From a virus (lineage: Duplodnaviria > Caudoviricetes), in IMG/VR virus record IMGVR_UViG_3300037046_000323, positions 1-36,611 of that record: DNA of 36,611 nucleotides, one strand, 5' to 3'. Under the pieces are notes generated by a model. That model was not told the origin of the DNA. It ran no database searches and saw only the letters and a list, made by a program, of their open reading frames with translations. The position numbers and the translations under genes are program-made. Positions 1 to 9,207 of this stretch are shown here, in pieces. Position 1 is the stretch's first letter. Each line of letters starts with the position of its first letter.

Positions 1-21
1 AACCCAAATACACTTCCCCAA

Positions 22-60
22 AGCCCGATTTTGTAACACACAAGGTCGGGCTCATTTTTT
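22..60 (+). terminator. Rho-independent terminator of an upstream host gene
   Basis: Stem AGCCCGATTTTGT / ACAAGGTCGGGCT (with G-U pairs) followed by CATTTTTT. Confidence 0.6.
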
Positions 61-213
61 ACCTCAATTATTCAAGACACAAATAAAGATAAAATATTAT
101 ATATCAAAAAGATACATTATTAGAAAAACTCATTTCTCTCTTTCTTTTCTCCCAATTACCACAACATATTTACTCTATAATTACAGTATATTTTATGTGT
201 ATTAAAAGTATCA

Positions 214-268
214 AAGTATACAGTAAGTATACAGCAACTATACAGCAACTATACTGCAAGTATGCTGT
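214..268. repeat. Five tandem 11-bp repeats in host flank
   Basis: AAGTATACAGT AAGTATACAGC AACTATACAGC AACTATACTGC AAGTATGCTGT. Confidence 0.85.
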
Positions 269-298
269 AGCAAGAGAGAGACAAGCATGGGAAAAGTG

Positions 299-303
299 GT
301 ATT
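299..303 (+). repeat. 5-bp target-site duplication, left copy (GTATT)
   Basis: Identical to 34545..34549; both copies lie 4 bp outside the AAGAGTCAC inverted repeat. Confidence 0.75.
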
Positions 304-426
304 TATAAAGAGTCACTGAAAACTGCAAATTGGGTCACGAGTTCTGCAAATCGGGAAAAAGGGTCAGCAGTTCTGCAAGTGAAAAAGGTCAGGAGTTCTG
401 CAAGTTTGGGTCACCAGTTCTGCAAA
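304..426 (+). repeat. Prophage end with five putative transposase-binding sites
   Basis: GAGTCACTGAAAACTGCAAA 310-329; GGGTCACGAGTTCTGCAAA 332-350; GGGTCAGCAGTTCTGCAAG 361-379; AGGTCAGGAGTTCTGCAAG 386-404; GGGTCACCAGTTCTGCAAA 408-426. Confidence 0.85.
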
Positions 427-452
427 TTTCTATTGCTGATCTTAACCCGATG

Positions 453-1112
453 CTAGTCATTTGAGATAACCATTAAAGTGTATTTCAATTCCTGAGCGCT
501 GAACCTCTGACCAATGCCTATAAAAACGATTACGGTTCTCTCTTCCAATTTTACATCATTTATATAGAGATGGCAATCACACTGATTGGTCAAGATGATA
601 TGCGGCTTAGTAAAATACTCTTTTAAAAGAACATGTTTTGCCCATTGGTCTTCTTCTAATCTAGGAGGGGTTTGCTGACTGGGTTCTCCCACTCCCTGGT
701 TCTGGTCTTGGATCTCACAGGCGATTTTAGAGAGGACGATGCTGCTGTCACTAAAGTGATTAGGCAAGACGGCATTATCAGAGATCTTGTCGGAGGTAAT
801 GGCTTCACTCTCCACGTGGTTGCTTAGGATGGCTTTGTCCTTGATACCTCTTGAGTCCAGTTTTCCGACTGTGCAGGTCTTACCCGAGAAATTGCCACAG
901 GGTTCAAGCCTGTCATCCCAGATCTCGTAAAAGCCCCAATCCGGCTCATCTAACTTATCGGTCTCGTAATAGCCTGAGTCTGCCGGTTTCTCTTCCAATC
1001 TAATACCCTGTTCAAAGGTTTCACCGGGTTTGACTAGTTTGACGTGTAAGCCTGAAAGGGGGATGCGGTTGGCAGCGCTCATGATGTAATAGCTGATTCC
1101 AAATCTATACAT
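453..1112 (-). CDS. Putative short tail fibre / tail-tip protein
   Basis: Last late gene; AITSDKISDNAV-type repeats typical of fibre shafts; RBS AAGGAG upstream. Confidence 0.5.
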   Translation of the reverse strand: MYRFGISYYIMSAANRIPLSGLHVKLVKPGETFEQGIRLEEKPADSGYYETDKLDEPDWGFYEIWDDRLEPCGNFSGKTCTVGKLDSRGIKDKAILSNHVESEAITSDKISDNAVLPNHFSDSSIVLSKIACEIQDQNQGVGEPSQQTPPRLEEDQWAKHVLLKEYFTKPHIILTNQCDCHLYINDVKLEERTVIVFIGIGQRFSAQELKYTLMVISND

Positions 1113-1157
1113 GGTAACTCCTTATATACTGTTTTCTGTTATTTCTTGTTGTTTTGG

Positions 1158-1592
1158 CTAATAGACGATCTCATACTCATCTAATTGGGTATAGTAGTTG
1201 AAGTTGATAGTGGTGGGGGTGCCGGTGTATCTGGACTCCAGAGTGACTTTGATCTTCTCAGGGTATTCATGCAGGTCATCGGGCATCTTGGGTAACTGGG
1301 CTATGGTGACCGGGTATTGCCTGACCAGAATGCTGTACCAGTTAAACTCGATATAGAACTTGCCCGGCTGAGTCAGGAAATAGAGAAAAGCGCTGTATTC
1401 CTCAGGATACATGACAGTTTCCAGATTGATGGTGTCTTCCCGATATGGCTCTCGCTGGTGGATTATGCTGGGATCAAAGGCGTTCTTTTTCTCGATGCGG
1501 TACTTAATTTTGGGTATATATTCCACCTGCCCGTGTTCGCAGGTATAAGTGCTATAGCCGTTATCGACCCTGATCATGCGAAATCCATTCAT
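1158..1592 (-). CDS. Putative tail-tip (Dit-like) protein
   Basis: Position in tail module; ATG at 1592 overlaps the upstream stop (ATGA); alternative start 1601. Confidence 0.45.
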   Translation of the reverse strand: MNGFRMIRVDNGYSTYTCEHGQVEYIPKIKYRIEKKNAFDPSIIHQREPYREDTINLETVMYPEEYSAFLYFLTQPGKFYIEFNWYSILVRQYPVTIAQLPKMPDDLHEYPEKIKVTLESRYTGTPTTINFNYYTQLDEYEIVY

Positions 1593-3073
1593 GTTAACCA
1601 TGCCTTGAGTTTGTATTCATCTGATAGGTAGTTACGCTCCAGTTCGGTAATGGCATAGACCTTGCCTTTGATCCTAATCTTGCCCTGCAGATTAAGGTTG
1701 TAATTACTTAACTGGTCGATAGTGGCATCAATGCTCCACTTGGAATCGTAGAAGTCTATCAGGTAACTTTTTATCTGGTTCTGCAATTGAGCTGTATCTC
1801 CGGCTAAGATGTCTAGGATGGCAGTATCCGGTTGCTCCTGATTACCCCGCTTGGTGATGAAGGTGACCACATCCTCATCCGCTATATCTATTATAGTAGT
1901 GGAGTAGGCATCCTTGTTCTTGAGGATTATACTCCCGGAGGGACTAGTATAGATAGTAGCATTATAGAGCATAAGCATAGCCTGAAGCACCTTGATGTTA
2001 TCGGTCTGCTCTTCTTTAAAGGTCTCATACGACTTACCGGGATGCAAACGGACAGGCATCAGATTGCCATAGAAGTCGGCTTCTACCCAGGTATTGACCA
2101 ACTGGCTGCTGCCATAGTGACTGTTACCTAAGGTACCGGTACTGGTCAGGTTATTTATCTGGGTTTCGGAGATGCCATTGTCATTGAAAAAGCTTAGAAG
2201 TTCGTTATAGGCATTATCCAGAGAGGTAAGGTTATCCTCCCAGCCGGTCTTCTCATCGTATTCCATGATCACGGGACAGATGTTGTTGTAGAAGCGCAGG
2301 ATTCTGGCTCTGAACCTGCCTTGGTATTTGGTAGTGGCAGGACTGGGATAGGTGGCTTGGATCACCACTTTGTGGGCAAAGACAAAGGTAACCCGGTTGG
2401 CTATGGTATCCACTATATAGCCATACTTAGGAGCGGCCCAAGATGTATTATGAAAAGTATAGGTCCAGCCTCCGGGCGGATCGGGAAACTGCAGGATGTC
2501 GTTATAATCCACATGAGCTATGGTTAAGGCGTCACCTGTTCCAATATATAGGTTAGGCAGAGTGAACTGGTTACTATATGGTAGGGATATGGGAATCGTC
2601 TGCTGGATATCCTGCAGGAAATAGCCCAAGATCCAAACAGGCAGGTAACCTGCTGTCAGGCTGTAATAGTGAGTCAGGTCGGAATATACCGATAACAGCT
2701 TTATCTTATCATAACAGGTGAACTTGAGGATGCCGGTAGATATATCATAGCTTAACTGGGAGGTATCGATAATACCGGTAAAGAGCAGGACATTATCCCG
2801 ATAGACCTTAACCTCATAGTGGGAGATGTAGCGTTCATGCTCATTTATTCCGGAGAGGATGTTATCGGTAATCCAGGCAGTCGGAAAGCACTCAAAGGTC
2901 AGACGCTTGGGTTCCCGGCTGTAATTGGAGATGGACTGTAGCTTATCGGCAGAGACTGAAAGGGAGATGATCTGCCTGTCTGTGGTCGTATCTGTCAGGC
3001 TATGCTTAATCTGACAATAATCCACCGCATCAGTCTTACCCATGATAAAGTCCACTTTGAATAGATTAGCCAC
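1589..3073 (-). CDS. Putative tail hub / baseplate protein
   Basis: 494 aa, beta-rich, directly after the tape measure gene. Confidence 0.55.
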   Translation of the reverse strand: MANLFKVDFIMGKTDAVDYCQIKHSLTDTTTDRQIISLSVSADKLQSISNYSREPKRLTFECFPTAWITDNILSGINEHERYISHYEVKVYRDNVLLFTGIIDTSQLSYDISTGILKFTCYDKIKLLSVYSDLTHYYSLTAGYLPVWILGYFLQDIQQTIPISLPYSNQFTLPNLYIGTGDALTIAHVDYNDILQFPDPPGGWTYTFHNTSWAAPKYGYIVDTIANRVTFVFAHKVVIQATYPSPATTKYQGRFRARILRFYNNICPVIMEYDEKTGWEDNLTSLDNAYNELLSFFNDNGISETQINNLTSTGTLGNSHYGSSQLVNTWVEADFYGNLMPVRLHPGKSYETFKEEQTDNIKVLQAMLMLYNATIYTSPSGSIILKNKDAYSTTIIDIADEDVVTFITKRGNQEQPDTAILDILAGDTAQLQNQIKSYLIDFYDSKWSIDATIDQLSNYNLNLQGKIRIKGKVYAITELERNYLSDEYKLKAWLT

Positions 3074-5694
3074 TAGACCTCGCTCCTGATCTGCTTGCCC
3101 GTATCGGCTATCTCACTCACCCTGACAGGGTCATTGGAGAGTGGGTCAACATGGATATCGATTATGGGCTTGGACTCAGTTACTTTCTGCTGTAACTCCA
3201 CGATCTTATCCCGCATATCGCTCATTATATCAAGAAGCGCATCCATACTGCCTCTGCCTGAGATACTGCCACCTGAGCCGTAATATGAGCCGACGTTGGC
3301 AGGCAGTGGGACACTGGGAACAGGCAGTCCGGCAAAGGCAAGCTTCACCTGATGAAGCGGAGCGAAGTTGAGAAAGTCAAAGATGTTTCTGCCCAAGGCT
3401 TTTACTCTATCTTTGGCTGTGATATATTCCTCACCTTCGGCTTCTATCAGGATACCTCCCTCACTATGGGAGTTACCGATAAGCATACCGCCCTTGGCTG
3501 CCTTGGGTGGCTCGGTATTGCTGATAGCGACCACGTTAGCCAGACCTGCTCCGATAGCTGCGGCTGCAGCGGCGATTGCCAGTCCGGGTCCAACGATGGG
3601 TATGCCTGCCATAGCCTTATAAGCGGCATTGGCTGAGGAATATGTATCCATCATCGCCTGGGCTATGGACAAGGTCTTCCAGAGAGCAAAGCCTTTCTTA
3701 CCGAAGGCTTCGGAAGTCTTAGCAAGGTTGCCTAACATCTGACTGACTCCGGCTATGTGCTTCTGGTCGAACTGCTCCCTGACCCTGGACTTTGCCAGTT
3801 CGATCTGTCTGGTGATCTGCTCCTCAGTGATGCCTGCTTCTATAAGTTTGTCTTTCTTTTTAGTATAGTAGTTATCAATTGCATCCAGTTCCGCCTGATA
3901 GGTGTTACCCGATAAATCCAGTAAACGCTGGGCAAAGTCAAATCTGGTGTCCTCCAAATCCTGCATTCTGCGCTGCTCTTCCTCAGCTAACCTCTGTTTA
4001 TCCCTCTGCTCGGTCTCTGCTAGTTTGACCCTTTGGGCAATAGCATCCTGTTCCACTCTGTTGATCTCATTGGCATAGTAGGTTCTAATATTAGCTAAAG
4101 TCTGTTCCGAGGCATTGAGCAATCTGGCTTTCTCTAATTCGGCATCTCTTTGGGTTTCCAGTTCACTCTGTCTGCGTGCTACAGCATCTTCAAGGGCAAG
4201 GGTGTTATATTTCTGCTCCAGTGAGCGCAGGGCATCCAGGTCTCGCTGTTTGGCTTGAGATAACTGCTGCTCCAGACTCTTGACCTTTTCCAAAGTAGAG
4301 ATATGTTCCTCAGCGTTATCGGCTGTCACCATACCCAGGGCCTTGAAGTGTTGCCTGGTGTATTCAAGCTTATAATCCAACAGTGCAATACCTGATAATG
4401 TGGCTTCGGTCTCAACACGTACCTTTTCCTTGTTATACTCAGCTACGGCTTTGGCATCTTCAGCAGCTATCTTCTTAGCCAGTTCGGAAGCTTCAATGGT
4501 GCGTTCTCTCTGCCGATCAAAATAATCGTCACTGACCAAAACCATATCAGTCTGCATCAGTTTAACAGTCTCCTCATAATCAGCCATCTCCCGCTTGATC
4601 TCATTCAGACGGCGTTTAGCTTCCACATAGTCGATACTGAAGGCTATTTCCCTATGCTTGGATACCAAGGACTCCACGCTCACAGCAGTTTGATCTACCG
4701 AGTCCCTATACTCATCCTGTGTTTCCATCGCGGACTGATTGGCTATCTGTGTGGAGGCATAGGCAAAACCCAGACCTGCCACCGCTCCTACTGCCAGACC
4801 GATAATCCCGGCTACGGGGTTAATGGCTATCTTGAGAGCATGATAGGCAGCAGTTAGAGTAATAACAGCAGTGGTTACTGTCCCGATCACAGGGATGGCT
4901 ATCATCAGTCCGGTGACAAAGCCCTTCATGACCGGAGATAAATTCTGATAACCTTCCATAAGTGAGCGCAGACCTTTCAAAAGCGGAGTAATCAGGACAT
5001 TGAGCATATCACCGATGGTCTCTTTGATATCTCCCCAGGTATTGGCATTCTGCAGACGCAGATCAGCCAAAGCTTCAGCAGTTCCGCCATAGTCATTAGA
5101 CAACTTCTCCACCAGATAAGATACACCTTCGGTCTTCAGTCGGGTGGAATCCAATTCAATGCCATACCTGCCTAACATCTCTGTATGTCCGTTCAGGGCA
5201 CGTCCCATCAGATCAAAGGCTGACTCGATGGTCATGCCGGTGCTTTTATTGGCTTCAGCAAAGTCCAATAGTACAGGGACCAGTTGTTGTATCTCATCTT
5301 TATTCAACTTGAATGTCTGTGCTAACTTAGACATAAGAGCTAACATCACATCATCTTCAAAGTTGGTGACTTTCTGCATAGCTGAGGAAAAGTTGCCCAT
5401 CTCACCGGCTGCTTCTCCAAAGGCTATTTTGGCTAAGGTTACAGCTTGCCTTTGGGACAAGGATGCATTCAGAAAGTCATTCATGGAAGAGACAACCGAG
5501 CCAAGTACTTGCAGAACACCATCAAAGGCGATCTTGACATCACGGATGGTAGCCAGAGCCTGTTCTGCAGAGATCTTGACTGCAGCAGGCTTCTCTATCT
5601 GCTCTTTGGCAGACGAAGCTTCCTGAGTCACTTCTCCCAGCTTGAGATTGGCATCATCGGTAATCAGGACTAGTTTGAAAGTTAGTTCAGGCAT
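3073..5694 (-). CDS. Tail tape measure protein
   Basis: 873 aa, helical/coiled-coil with Ala/Gly-rich hydrophobic segments; downstream of frameshifted chaperone. Confidence 0.9.
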   Translation of the reverse strand: MPELTFKLVLITDDANLKLGEVTQEASSAKEQIEKPAAVKISAEQALATIRDVKIAFDGVLQVLGSVVSSMNDFLNASLSQRQAVTLAKIAFGEAAGEMGNFSSAMQKVTNFEDDVMLALMSKLAQTFKLNKDEIQQLVPVLLDFAEANKSTGMTIESAFDLMGRALNGHTEMLGRYGIELDSTRLKTEGVSYLVEKLSNDYGGTAEALADLRLQNANTWGDIKETIGDMLNVLITPLLKGLRSLMEGYQNLSPVMKGFVTGLMIAIPVIGTVTTAVITLTAAYHALKIAINPVAGIIGLAVGAVAGLGFAYASTQIANQSAMETQDEYRDSVDQTAVSVESLVSKHREIAFSIDYVEAKRRLNEIKREMADYEETVKLMQTDMVLVSDDYFDRQRERTIEASELAKKIAAEDAKAVAEYNKEKVRVETEATLSGIALLDYKLEYTRQHFKALGMVTADNAEEHISTLEKVKSLEQQLSQAKQRDLDALRSLEQKYNTLALEDAVARRQSELETQRDAELEKARLLNASEQTLANIRTYYANEINRVEQDAIAQRVKLAETEQRDKQRLAEEEQRRMQDLEDTRFDFAQRLLDLSGNTYQAELDAIDNYYTKKKDKLIEAGITEEQITRQIELAKSRVREQFDQKHIAGVSQMLGNLAKTSEAFGKKGFALWKTLSIAQAMMDTYSSANAAYKAMAGIPIVGPGLAIAAAAAAIGAGLANVVAISNTEPPKAAKGGMLIGNSHSEGGILIEAEGEEYITAKDRVKALGRNIFDFLNFAPLHQVKLAFAGLPVPSVPLPANVGSYYGSGGSISGRGSMDALLDIMSDMRDKIVELQQKVTESKPIIDIHVDPLSNDPVRVSEIADTGKQIRSEV

Positions 5695-5703
5695 TATTAC
5701 TCA

Positions 5704-5748
5704 TTGACAAAAATCCTATATTATAGATAATGAAAAAAAACTAAGGAG
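5704..5748 (+). promoter_or_regulatory. Sigma70-type promoter and RBS of moron gene
   Basis: TTGACA 5704-5709, 16 bp, GATAAT 5726-5731; AAGGAG 5743-5748. Confidence 0.65.
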
Positions 5749-5753
5749 TCCAA

Positions 5754-5993
5754 ATGAACTGGAAAGACAAACTACCTTCATGTTTTGGAGATCAAGATAA
5801 GATCTTTTGTGGACACGCCAGTGAACAGGAGAATGCAATCGAAATGATTGCTCTTGCACACCATCAACATGCATCTTGGGCTGATGTTAGAACAGCTATT
5901 AGAGAACATTTAACTAACCTTGGTTGTCCTAAAAAACTCATAGCAGAACAGATTAAAAAAGCCAAAGACATATCATCTTACTTTAAAGCATAA
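5754..5993 (+). CDS. Small moron protein of unknown function
   Basis: 79 aa, AT-rich, opposite strand to the late operon, own promoter and RBS. Confidence 0.8.
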   Translation: MNWKDKLPSCFGDQDKIFCGHASEQENAIEMIALAHHQHASWADVRTAIREHLTNLGCPKKLIAEQIKKAKDISSYFKA

Positions 5994-6035
5994 TTGGTGT
6001 TATTAAGCGTAAATTGATTCAATTCTTATAAGACT

Positions 6036-6812
6036 TTAGTAATTCCTGATCATCAACTCTATCTGAGTCTGGAAGCTACCTGAGACGGTGTATTGAGCTT
6101 CGACTGTCTCGATAATGAAGCCCTTGTATAACTTCTTTATATAAGACTCATTATTGTAGGACAGCAGGAACTTGCCCTTAATTGTCCTCAGCATCACTGC
6201 CATATCTTCATGCTTGGTAAAAGCATCTGCGTCTTCTCTATCGTATAAGTGCTCCTTTGTATAGTAAGGTGGGTCCAGGTAAAAGAACGTATTGGGACTG
6301 TCATACCGGTTAATTATCTTCTCATAGTCCTGCTTTTCAATGATCACCTGCTGCAGCCTTTCAGAGGCTACCTTTACCTTTTCCAGTTGGCGCAGAGGCA
6401 TGTATTTGTAACCCTGCATTATGCAGAAGTTCTTTGATCTTGAGCCATAAGAGCAGGACAACTGGAAGTAGAAGCGGATAGCTCGTTCCAACTCAGTCTT
6501 AGGCTGATGGTTAGTGAATACATCGAACAGCTCTCTGGAGATTAGATACTGGTTAAGCTCAGTCACGAAGGCTTCCGGGTGGTTTTTGATATACTTCCAG
6601 AAGTTAACCAGGTCGCCATTGATATCGTTATAGACCTCAGTATATCTGCTTTTACTGGATAACTGCCAGTCTTCCTTGTCGGGACTCTTTCCGAACAGCA
6701 CCCAGGCAGCACCTCCAAATACCTCGCAGTAAATGTCATGCCTGGGGATAAGGGGCAGGATCTTCTTTCTGAGCAACCGTTTGCCACCCACCCAGGAGAT
6801 TATACTGTTCAT
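6036..6812 (-). CDS. Dam-family (D12 class) DNA adenine methyltransferase
   Basis: WVGGK, EVFGGAAWV, YNDINGDLVNF, YLDPPY motifs. Confidence 0.92.
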   Translation of the reverse strand: MNSIISWVGGKRLLRKKILPLIPRHDIYCEVFGGAAWVLFGKSPDKEDWQLSSKSRYTEVYNDINGDLVNFWKYIKNHPEAFVTELNQYLISRELFDVFTNHQPKTELERAIRFYFQLSCSYGSRSKNFCIMQGYKYMPLRQLEKVKVASERLQQVIIEKQDYEKIINRYDSPNTFFYLDPPYYTKEHLYDREDADAFTKHEDMAVMLRTIKGKFLLSYNNESYIKKLYKGFIIETVEAQYTVSGSFQTQIELMIRNY

Positions 6813-7570
6813 TTGCTCTCCAAGGGGAAGTTGGCAATAATCACTTCATTATACTCCGATTTGCCTTCTTTACGGTTGATACCCTTGGTTCTGGTTACAT
6901 GCTTGATGTGATAGCCTTTGTATAGCTTCAGAACATCGGGATTATCGTCGTAACTGAGGATGAACCTGCCCTTGATGTTCTTAAGCTTCTTGTGCAGGTC
7001 TGCATGACTGAACTGCTTGGAGTTTTCATAGGTATAGCCTACCATATAGGGAGGATCACAGTAAAAGAAGTTGGACTTGGTGTCATACTTATCTATGACT
7101 TTCTCATAGGATAGGTTCTCGATGATCACCATATCCAGGCGTTTGTGCAGCTCTTTGATGCGTTCCAGCCGATTATACATACTGGAAGTACCTCGCTTCT
7201 GAGAAGTGCCGAAGCTGTCGCCCTTTGAACCATAACTTCTGGTGATCAGGAACATGAACCTGGCAGCTCTTTGGATTTCAGTCAGACCTTCCTGTTTCAT
7301 GATCTCTCCAAACAACTTACGGCTGGCGACCATATAGTCCAGTTCCCGAATAAGCTCATCAGGATGGTATTTGACCTGCAGGAAGAGATTCACTAATCTG
7401 TAGTCTAAGTCATTATACACTTCTAAATCAGCCCATCTGTCTTTGAGCAGGAGCATCCAGGCAGCACCACCGAAGGGTTCGATATAGCCTGTGATGTCAT
7501 TTGGCACATACTGGGAGATAGTCTTTCTGAGCAGACGTTTACCACCGATCCAGCCGATTAAAGCATCCAT
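6809..7570 (-). CDS. Dam-family (D12 class) DNA adenine methyltransferase, paralog
   Basis: WIGGK, EPFGGAAW, YNDLDYRLVN, YCDPPY motifs; ATGA overlap with the next methylase. Confidence 0.92.
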   Translation of the reverse strand: MDALIGWIGGKRLLRKTISQYVPNDITGYIEPFGGAAWMLLLKDRWADLEVYNDLDYRLVNLFLQVKYHPDELIRELDYMVASRKLFGEIMKQEGLTEIQRAARFMFLITRSYGSKGDSFGTSQKRGTSSMYNRLERIKELHKRLDMVIIENLSYEKVIDKYDTKSNFFYCDPPYMVGYTYENSKQFSHADLHKKLKNIKGRFILSYDDNPDVLKLYKGYHIKHVTRTKGINRKEGKSEYNEVIIANFPLESK

Positions 7571-7782
7571 CAGATATCTCCCTTGGGATCACTCATACAG
7601 AGGCGCAAGTACAACTCCGGCAGAGTCAGGCGGTTGAAGTCGTCATTGGTGAAGCCTAACTTACGCATGATCATTTCGAACTTCTCATAGGGGTAACGGG
7701 TGCCTTTCCGGTCACTGCCAATCCTAAACTCCCGAGCCAACTTTTGCACCTCTGACTGTTGGCTCTGATATAGGCGAAAAAA
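7570..7782 (-). CDS. -1 frame extension of tail assembly chaperone (lambda gpGT-like)
   Basis: Slippery T TTT TTC at 7782..7776 in the chaperone frame; the -1 frame (FFRLYQSQ...LCMSDPKGDI*) is open to TGA at 7572..7570. Confidence 0.8.
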   Translation of the reverse strand, partial: FFRLYQSQQSEVQKLAREFRIGSDRKGTRYPYEKFEMIMRKLGFTNDDFNRLTLPELYLRLCMSDPKGDI

Positions 7783-8021
7783 GAGGAGATATACTCCAAG
7801 GCGGTCACAGCATCCAGATCATCGGGGTCTTGTCCGGAGAGGATGCGGATCAAGTCTTTATCGGCTTCCGAGGTGGAGATAATCTCCAACAGCTCTACTT
7901 CCGATACCTTAGTCAGCTTGCCGGAGAGGAAGTCTTCCAACTTGGCTTTCAGGGTACCGTTGGAGATGGTCAGGCATAGGATCTGTCTGAGCTGGTTATA
8001 GGTCAGTTTGGGATCTAGCAT
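7671..8021 (-). CDS. Tail assembly chaperone (gpG-like)
   Basis: Between tail tube and tape measure; slippery site; RBS GAAAGGA before ATG 8021. Confidence 0.75.
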   Translation of the reverse strand: MLDPKLTYNQLRQILCLTISNGTLKAKLEDFLSGKLTKVSEVELLEIISTSEADKDLIRILSGQDPDDLDAVTALEYISSFFAYIRANSQRCKSWLGSLGLAVTGKAPVTPMRSSK

Positions 8022-8037
8022 AATTAATCCTTTCATT

Positions 8038-8277
8038 TCAATCAAAAAACATCTTGATAGCCACCCCGATCAGCATAAAGAATTGGGAGATGGAGACGCC
8101 CAGAAGCAACTTCATGTTCGTCTCCACTCTCGCCATGCGGGTGACCAGTGAGTTATTGCTATTGCCGTTGCCATAGATCTCTTCATGCAGGCTGTCGACC
8201 TTGTCTTTGATCTCCGGCTTGCACTGGCACTCAGGCAGCAGTTGAGGTTCAGGTGTCACTTTCTTTCTGGGAGGCAT
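8038..8277 (-). CDS. Small membrane protein (holin/XhlA-like candidate)
   Basis: 79 aa from MPPRKK; coiled segment plus single C-terminal hydrophobic helix. Confidence 0.55.
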   Translation of the reverse strand: MPPRKKVTPEPQLLPECQCKPEIKDKVDSLHEEIYGNGNSNNSLVTRMARVETNMKLLLGVSISQFFMLIGVAIKMFFD

Positions 8278-8278
8278 A

Positions 8279-8824
8279 TCAGGTGACGGGGATATCCTTC
8301 TTGAGATAGACCTTTCCGGCAGTAGTGCCTGCGAACTCAGTGGAGATAACCACAGAGAACAGACCGTCAGCTTCTCCCGACCATTCGACCGTCCAGCGCA
8401 TACCATTGAAGATAATGATGCGGTCCACTTCTGTGGAGACGATCACGATGGTCATATCCTTACCTGAGAAGGAACGGCTTTCGAGGTAGTTCTTCTGCTT
8501 GGCTGACATGCCGACTATGGTCAGTTCCACCGTACTGGTTCTCTTACCCGGTATGGTATAGTTACGGGTCTTGAGTTTGGTCAGCTTGGAATCGGCTTTA
8601 CCCGGTTTCTCAGCCAACTCGCCCAAGGAATCGAAGTTGGCAAGCAGTTCAGATTCGGCAGCAGCTTTATTGGCATAGATGGTATCCACATCGGCATCGG
8701 CATAGGTGCCGAAGCCGAAGTAGATCTTATCTGCCACCATACCTTCCATCAGGGCTGAAAACAGCAGATCACTCTGAGTAGTGCCGGTGGGATAGGTAGG
8801 TGTGGTGATCGGAGAGGGAGGCAT
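8279..8824 (-). CDS. Putative major tail (tube) protein
   Basis: 181 aa, beta-rich, upstream of the frameshifted chaperone (positional inference). Confidence 0.6.
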   Translation of the reverse strand: MPPSPITTPTYPTGTTQSDLLFSALMEGMVADKIYFGFGTYADADVDTIYANKAAAESELLANFDSLGELAEKPGKADSKLTKLKTRNYTIPGKRTSTVELTIVGMSAKQKNYLESRSFSGKDMTIVIVSTEVDRIIIFNGMRWTVEWSGEADGLFSVVISTEFAGTTAGKVYLKKDIPVT

Positions 8825-9174
8825 TAGAATACTCCCTTAACCGCTTTCCCGAGTGAGAACAGCCACTTGCGGTTATGGAACACGAACTCCACTGCGCCAC
8901 CGATAGTGCCGAAAAACTTCAGCACCAGGTTGGTCTGTTTGGCAGGCAGGGACTTGGCTACTCTTTCCACTGCCAGTTGCTTCTTGGCATAGTCGTCCAA
9001 CAGCTTGGTGTTGGGATTGGTCTTGATGTCCTGGATGATCTCCAAGATCATGGCTAAGGCAGCATTGATTTTGGTCTTATCCAAGGTCTTACCGGTTATC
9101 CAGGCAATCAGCCAGACAATCAGGGTGGCAATCAGTCCCAGGATGAACTCCTGGTTGTTAATGATAAAGTCCAT
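8824..9174 (-). CDS. Putative holin
   Basis: 116 aa with N-terminal TM helix and basic C-terminus. Confidence 0.5.
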   Translation of the reverse strand: MDFIINNQEFILGLIATLIVWLIAWITGKTLDKTKINAALAMILEIIQDIKTNPNTKLLDDYAKKQLAVERVAKSLPAKQTNLVLKFFGTIGGAVEFVFHNRKWLFSLGKAVKGVF

Positions 9175-9207
9175 AGATACTCCTTATCTACTTATTGGTT
9201 GTTATGG

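Noticed and set aside
297-298. Canonical TG terminus
   Set aside because: No symmetric CA at the right end and no target duplication for that boundary.
310-426. Possible mini-CRISPR array
   Set aside because: Gaps between repeats are only 2-10 bp, there are no cas genes, and inverted copies at the far end fit transposase-binding sites better.
453-3073. Host-range switching (Gin inversion or DGR)
   Set aside because: No invertase, reverse transcriptase, inverted cassette or template/variable repeat pair seen.
8278-8406. Long start of the 122-aa ORF
   Set aside because: It overlaps the tail tube gene; ATG 8277 directly after that stop is more plausible.
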